This document shows positions 38,511 to 45,455 of a stretch of 45,455 nt of DNA, piece by piece. The stretch covers positions 9,390,606 to 9,436,060 of the forward strand of contig NC_068997.1 in assembly GCF_001194135.2 (NCBI RefSeq), read 5' to 3'. Source of the stretch: Octopus bimaculoides. Its lineage: Eukaryota. The position numbers were made by a program, and so were the translations under genes. The notes below the pieces were generated by a model, which had not been told where the DNA came from, made no database searches, and worked only from the letters and a program-made list of their open reading frames with translations. Each line of letters starts with the position of its first letter. The stretch's first letter is position 1.

Positions 38511-39304
38511 AGAGAGAAAAACAAATTTGTAACTTTTAGCAGAACTGTCATCCTAAAGAACTGCATTGATTTATCATAAGTTGATTAAATTTAGGCATGT
38601 AAGAATTAAATGTCTTACTAAGAGACAGAATACTGAATACTGTCAGCAAAATCTAGACTTTGCTTAACTTAGGAGACAAAGTCTACTGATGATTCTAGAC
38701 TAAAGAAAACAGAATGAAAGAAAGAGAAAATAGTATCATTATTTGAAAATTCTATAGGAAATATCTGAATCTCAATAGACACGGAAACATTGCACACATT
38801 TTCAAAGAGATTGACCCGTTTGCCTTTCTAGCACAGAAAAAAATGACAGGTTGACAGTAGATCAATCTGATCATCTTCTAAAAGTCAACTTACAAACGGT
38901 AACTTCTACAGTCTGATGTAAATGAAGAATTATGTAGCCAAAATTTGACAAGAAAGGAAGAATTAAAAAATCAAATTAGAACCTTCTTATCGTAAACTCA
39001 ATTCAAAATTGTTTCAGATTTTTCCAAATAAACCAGATACCAGAGAAAACTTCAAAGTTCACAGAAATATCACAATATTTTGCTGACATCAGAAATTTTG
39101 GCAGAAGTGGTCAGTCAGTTAAACTGGCTCCAGTCTGTGATTGGTATATTATTTTACTGACATCACCACACTCCAAAAGCAAATGAAAGGTGAAGTTGGC
39201 CTCAGTGAGATCTGAACTTTGAACATGATAAGTAGGAAGATCAAAGATCTAACAGTTGTTTCTAATTTTGGCACAAAGTTAGCAATTCTGAGGGGAGGGA
39301 GCAA

Positions 39305-39945
39305 GTTTCTTGACATCATAAAATGGCTGTAAACAAGCATCACCTTCAAACAAGTGATGTTGTTTGTTTTCAATCTTCCAAAGGCGCAGGAGTGGCTGTG
39401 TGGTAAGTAGCTTGTTTACCAACCACATGGTTCCAGATTCAGTCCCACTGCATGGCACCTTGGGGAAGTGTCATCTACTATAGCCTCGGGCTGACCAAAG
39501 CCTTGTGAGTAGATTTGGTAGACGGAAACTGAAAGAAGCATGTTGTATATATGTATATATATGTATGTGTGTGTATATGTTGCGTGTCTATGTTTGTCCT
39601 CACAACATTGCTTAACAACCGATGCTGGTGTGTTTACGTCCCCCATAACTTGGCAGTTCGGCAAAGGAGACCGATAGAATAAGTACTAGGCTTACAAAGA
39701 CTAAGTCCTGAGGTTGATTTGCTCGACTAAAGGCGGTGCTCCAGCATGGCCACAGTCAAATGACTGAAACAAGTAAAAGAGTAAAAGAGAACAACATGTC
39801 TGGACATAGAGAAATATAACCTTGCCTGGAAGCAGGTGAGGGTTGGTGACAGGAGGGCATCTGGACATAGAAAATCCACCTCAATAAATTCTGTCAGACC
39901 CATGCAAGAATGGAAAAAAAGGACATCAAATGATGACAATGAAGA
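39305..39945 (+). mobile_element. D-tail segment split by a full-length SINE family B (39383-39788)
   Basis: The D sequence CAATCTTCCA|(TG)AAAACATGTCTGG, contiguous at 19.77 and 28.59 kb, is interrupted here by GGCGCAGGAGTGGCTGTGTGG...(GTAAAAGA)2. Confidence 0.85.
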
Positions 39946-40125
39946 TAGTGATGTGCAATCTCTATCAGTAGAAAACTCAAAGACTTCCATTCTAACCCAA
40001 TGGAAAAGTCATTCAGCTGATGGAACAACTGAATACTCATCATAAAGACTAACAGACAATCCATTCCATTGACATATATCTGATATATTTATTTGCATGT
40101 ATGTGTACACAAACAGGAACGTCTC

Positions 40126-40184
<59 letters not shown>

Positions 40185-40371
40185 TGTGTGTGTGTACACA
40201 TATGTGAACATCTTATAGATATATATATATGGGTGGGTAAACACACACATACACACATGCATAAATATACACATGCACACACACACACATATATATATGT
40301 ATGTATATATATTTATGTATATGTGTATCTATATGTATATATGTACATAATATGTGTGTATGTATGTATGA

Positions 40372-40427
<56 letters not shown>

Positions 40428-40824
40428 GTGTGTGTGTATTCATGTAGGTTCTATGACACCATTATACTGCTAAAATATCTACATTTAAATAAGTATATTT
40501 TACAAATTATACAGTAGATGTCATTTGATAAAAATTTGATTAATAACGGGAGGAAGTGTTTTTTTTTTATTTATATATTTTGTTGTTCATATTTTGCTGT
40601 AGTTATCGTATCTTTCAGATGTTGGTAGAAATATAGCAATAATATCTCAACTCTCCATAATAAATTACAAAATCATCATCCTATATTAATGACGCTAAAA
40701 TGTCACTAATATGATAGACACATATTCATAACTGCTATTAGTGAGAACTAAAAAATATATCAGCTAAATACTTAGCTGTGATTTCTTCTCATTTGCTTGT
40801 TATATTTTTCTATGGCTCTCTATT

Positions 40825-40972
40825 GGTTACAACGGAGAGTGTTCCAGTTGATCCGATCAATGGAACAGCCTGCTCGTGAAATTAATGTGCAAGTGGCTGA
40901 GTGCTCCAAAGACACATGCACCCTTAATGAAGTCCTCCAGGAAGTTCAGCACGACACAGAATGTGACAAGGT
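40825..40972 (-). mobile_element. SINE-like family E, internal fragment
   Basis: Homologous to ~1850-1982. Confidence 0.75.
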
Positions 40973-40996
40973 CAAAAAGAACTGTAATGGTATCTC

Positions 40997-41043
<47 letters not shown>

Positions 41044-42076
41044 GTCGAACATGAGTGCTCAATATCACATTGGTGGATATATAATTTCTTTATTTGTGAA
41101 TTAAGGCTACCATTGGTTTCATGTTAAGAAGAGTAGGAAAATATCCTAGTGTCTTAAACAATTTTTCAAGCCAATCACATGACCTCTTCTAGCATATTGG
41201 ATGTCCACCCAGTAGTCAACCCTTATAAACGTGTTAAACAATTTTTTCTGAATTTTCAGATTTTTTTATATGCTAGGCTACTTGGTTTTAAATTGAATTA
41301 ATATTCAAATTATCACCCTATCTATATAAATATATATATATATATGGTAAAATTGAAGTTTTTTAGTTCATGTTTCTTGAAGATGATATTTACAACGAAA
41401 CTGAAGTAAAATGTCTACAAGTCGAACACCACGCTTACAGCTCATAGTCAACTTACTCTACGATGCTTGTCACAATCTACTATATTGGCACAAAGCCCAG
41501 AGAAGTAAATGAGATTGTGTGGTTGACATTCCTACTTTTATCTAGGTCACTTGCAAGCAGAACAGAAATCCCCACAAGTGCAAATGTAAAGGAAACGAAA
41601 TACAGGACTAAACTCAGCAGAAACTAAACTCATATCTGAACCAAAACTTCTCAAATCATTACTATTTTCCCTTTCCTGAAAGGAATTTTAATCAGTAGAT
41701 AAGAAAGAAAAAATTATATTAGTGAACAAGGAATATAGGATTATATCCAAAACAAGGGCAATACACATACAGGTTCTATATTTAATGCTAAGAATCTTTT
41801 AGATTAGAAGAAAATAACCTGAAGAAGTAAAGGAAGTGTCCAGGTGCTGACAATATGTTGACATCCGATAATAACCTGCCGCTTTGATATTGCTATTTAC
41901 AGTGAAGCAGGTTATTTTAATATCTCACAACTGTGACAAATACAACATGCTTTTCAATACCAGAAGTGAATAGAGATGTTACTTCAAAGAGCAACATCAA
42001 AATTACTTGATATTAAAATCATTTAGAATGTCTTTGAAATCGTGATCAAATAAGAAGTGTGTGTGTGTGTGTGGGG

Positions 42077-42138
<62 letters not shown>

Positions 42139-42357
42139 AGTTGAATATCAGCCCCTAATCAGAACCAGTATAGGGATGTAATGGAGAGAGACTGCTGACT
42201 GAGATGATTGGAGTACTGTTTTCAGAGGAAGAACCAGATTGGTTTTGCACCTGTCTCTACACCTGTCTCCATTCTTTTAAAAAATACAATGTTATGAAAG
42301 AAGCAGAAGTAGATTTGATCTCATCACCAATGTAGAGTCCACCTCTTACATCTCTTT

Positions 42358-42735
42358 TATCTTTTACTTGTTTCAGTCAATAAACCAAATCCATAAAGAT
42401 TTCTAGTTGAACAAATTGACCTCAGTACTTATGACTTTTTTAAAAATCTGGTACTTATTCTACCAGATGCTTTTACCAAACTGCTAAGTTACAGAGACAT
42501 AAACAAACCAATACCTTGAATGTCAAGCGGTGGTGAGATATAAATTCAACCTCTCAGATACATACATACAAACATACATACATACATGCAATATGCTGGT
42601 TTCAGTTTCTATTTATCAAATCAATTATCAAAGCTTTGGTTAGCCTAGGGATATAGTAGAACACACTTATCTAAGGTTCCTCACGGTGGGATGGAACCAG
42701 GAGCCATGTGGTTGGGAAACAAATTTCTTACATTT
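42358..42735 (-). mobile_element. SINE family B, old full-length copy
   Basis: TTTTACTTGTTTCAGTCA tail through GGAGCCATGTGGTTGGGAAACAAATTTCTTAC head. Confidence 0.75.
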
Positions 42736-43682
42736 ATATACACAGCTAATTTTTTTAGCACAAACAATGTAGAATGGTATATATTTGTAAATGATAATTT
42801 AGGAACAAAAATATATCAACCCAAAATACTGTTTTTTTTTTTGTTTTTTGTTTTTTTGTTTTTTTTAAAAATTTTTGTTTTAAAGATACAGTCAAAGATG
42901 GACAAAGCAGCACTCATGATTCTCTTCAGGGCTACGGTAACTAGGAAAGAAAAGAAGCTATCTTCAGTCCAGAGATCTGGCTGAAATACTTCTAACTGAA
43001 CGGACTCTCCTTAAAAGAAGCAACACAATTTGTATAGAGAGGAGCATGCTACATAGATAGAAATAAACTCCATATGACTCAATCTAGCTGAAGTCATTGC
43101 ATATTTCATGTATGCCACTAATGCTCCAGAGAAAAAAATTACAAGCATGGTACCACCTAATCTTTCCCCCCCACCAGCCCAGTATAGTTCCTTATGCTTA
43201 ANNNNNNNNNNNNNNNNNNNNNNNNNNNNNNNNNNNNNNNNNNNNNNNNNNNNNNNNNNNNNNNNNNNNNNNNNNNNNNNNNNNNNNNNNNNNNNNNNNN
43301 NNNNNNNNNNNNNNNNNNNNNNNNNNNNNNNNNNNNNNNNNNNNNNNNNNNNNNNNNNNNNNNNNNNNNNNNNNNNNNNNNNNNNNNNNNNNNNNNNNNN
43401 NNNNNNNNNNNNNNNNNNNNNNNNNNNNNNNNNNNNNNNNNNNNNNNNNNNNNNNNNTTAACTGCAACCAATGTTGGTTGTATAAATAGAAATGAAAATT
43501 CTGATCCTACTTTGTTGTTTCATGTCTCTCCACCCCCTCATTTTCTTTTTCTTTTCTAAATTCCAAATTCATAAATCTGAGAAGTTTTCAAAAACAGAAA
43601 TCCAAACCAAGTCAAAAAAAAAAAAAATAAATAAAATAAAAAATAAATAAATAATAATAATAATAATAATAATAATTATAAT

Positions 43683-43855
43683 AATTTTGGCACGAGGCCA
43701 GCAAGTCCTCAGAGAGGACTTATTTTATTGACACCAAAAGGTAAAAGGCAAAGTCAACCTCAGCAGAATTTGGACTACAGAACATAAAGACAAACGAAAT
43801 GCCACCAAGCATTTAGTTCACCCTTGCTGATGTTTCCCCCAGCTTGCCACCTTAA
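43683..43855 (-). mobile_element. SINE family A with an internal deletion
   Basis: TTTTGGCACGAGGCCAGCAA...AAAGTCAACCTCAGCAGAATTTGGAC...GCTTGCCACCTT. Confidence 0.75.
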
Positions 43856-44069
43856 TATACATACATATATATAGTTAAATATGTACATATATTTGGATAT
43901 ACACAATCATAAAAGATGACAAAAAAAAGGTTGGTGACAGGAAAGGCATCTAACCATAGAATACTGCCTCAGCAACAACCACCCAATCTTTATATATTGG
44001 ATGTAAATCTCTGCTGCTGCAGCTGAGAGTGAAGCTGGTAACTAAGTTATTATCTTTTTTATATTACTA

Positions 44070-44290
44070 TATCTTCTATCTTTCACTTGTCTCAGTCATT
44101 AGACTGAGGCCATTCTGGGGCAGTGCCTTCAATTTTTAGTCAAATGAATCGACTCCAGTACTTATTTTCTTAAACCTGGTACTTATTCTATCAGTCTCTT
44201 TTGCCAAACTGCTAAGTTGTGGAGACATTAACACACCAACACCGGTTGTCAAGTGGTGGGGTGGGAGACAAACACAGGCATAAAGTCATA
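44070..44290 (-). mobile_element. SINE family B, 3' half
   Basis: CTTGTCTCAGTCATTAGACTG...GGTACTTATTCTATCAGTCTCTTTTGCCAAACTGCTAAGTT...GGTTGTCAAGTGGTGGGG. Confidence 0.75.
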
Positions 44291-44569
44291 AACACACATA
44301 TATATAGGTTTTGATGGAAGTGTCCAAGACATTGGAGCTTTGGAGTAAATGCAGTATTTCTTATATTTCTAAGAACTGGCTTGAAATCTTGCCAAGGTGA
44401 AAGTTGTCTTACATCCAGTGTGTCTGATAAAATAAGTAGCAGTAATAAATAATATTTTTGTAGTGGTTTCAGTAATATAACTACGGCCATGCTGGAGCAC
44501 CACCTGTAAGGTTATAGTTGATTATATCAGTACCAGTGTTTAAAAATCACCAGTCCTTGTGGTACTTTT

Positions 44570-44737
44570 ATAGCTTGTGTGCCCCTCAATGACCCTGAGA
44601 GCTAAACCAGCAGAGTGAAAGCTCTTGTTAAGGCCTCCCATGCTGGACAGGCCAAACAATAAAGACTAAACTAATTTAGATCACTTCTTTCCAGAGGTGG
44701 AAATGGGTTTGTTCAGGGCCAGCCACACCTACCTCGG

Positions 44738-44772
<35 letters not shown>

Positions 44773-44925
44773 CAAAACAAAGATACAGAAAAATCAACGA
44801 CAATTCAAAATCAATGAGATCTGAGAGAGGAAGCAGAAAAGACAGCCTGGGGTCAAAAAGAGTGGAGAAAAGATGTGAACGACCTCTGCTCCAGTGGGGA
44901 ACAAAGGACTTAATTCAGTAAATAA
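44570..44925 (+). mobile_element. Short RTE-like element: putative 5'UTR segment close to an ORF2 C-terminus remnant
   Basis: 44821-44913 reads LREEAEKTAWGQKEWRKDVNDLCSSGEQRT*, with the same W-x3-V-x2-LCS spacing as the 5351-5617 fragment. The upstream 44573-44740 resembles RTE 5'UTRs from recollection only. Confidence 0.5.
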
Positions 44926-44959
44926 AGCTTTAACAATCCCATGTGGCACTTTACATATG

Positions 44960-45095
44960 CGACACTACATTCTGGTTTTCAATCCCACTGAGGTCAACTT
45001 TGCCTTTCATCCTTCCAGTGTTGATAAAATAAGTACCAATATACACAACTGTGCTTTCTCTCACTCCGAATCTGTGATCTTGTGCCCATAGTTAG
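44960..45095 (+). mobile_element. SINE family A, partial
   Basis: GAGGTCAACTTTGCCTTTCATCCTTCCAGTGTTGATAAAATAAGTACCA. Confidence 0.75.
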
Positions 45096-45255
45096 AAATC
45101 AATATATGTGTGTGTGTGTGCGTGCGTGCGCTATTTATACTCTTTTGTCATTAGAAAACATAAAAATTGTCCTTCTGCCTAGTCAGCTGAATCTGTAACC
45201 TGATTCTGATTTTCAATTGGTGTCAGTTTATTTCATTTTTGCTGAATATGTGCCT

Positions 45256-45301
<46 letters not shown>

Positions 45302-45455
45302 AGGGATGCGTGTGTGGGGGGATGTATGTGGTGTATGTGTGTGTGTGGTGTGTGTGTGTTTATCAGTTCATTGTTATATCTAATTCAGATAATGTTCAAA
45401 CCTTTGCTTACAGTAAAACAACTTGGGTTTATATATATATATATATACATAGATT

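Noticed and set aside
12919-39110. Other AG...GT-flanked open segments (for example ~12919, 14385, 20380, 24036, 27140, 35037, 36493, 38758, 39020)
   Set aside because: Such sites are frequent in AT-rich DNA. None gave a recognisable peptide or a phase-consistent gene model that I could support.

Overview
AT-rich eukaryotic genomic DNA from a draft assembly: six N gaps, dense microsatellites and many decayed transposons. The repeat families resemble those I recall from Octopus genomes; this is inference from memory, not a database result. No intact protein-coding gene can be called. The ORF track is almost all microsatellite or gap artefact, apart from decayed transposase and LINE fragments. 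The window holds about 30 tRNA-headed or (GAT)n-tailed SINE-like copies built from shared heads with swapped tails. It also holds a full-length dead DD37D (maT-type) Tc1/mariner element, a 5' mariner fragment, three copies of a TTAA-flanked MITE and several RTE-like LINE fragments. The most unusual items are: (i) a TSD-flanked inverted-repeat insertion whose two arms each carry a degenerate hammerhead-ribozyme-like scaffold (Penelope-like, 26.66-26.94 kb); (ii) a short RTE-like element with a foldable 5' segment (44.6-44.9 kb); (iii) a GC-rich 50-bp hairpin minisatellite (21 kb); (iv) a locally triplicated sequence with a perfectly conserved 35-mer around an AG/GT splice-like site (35.5-38.6 kb). 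A few splice-flanked candidate exons are low confidence. SINE labels A-F are my own, and most repeat boundaries are approximate.
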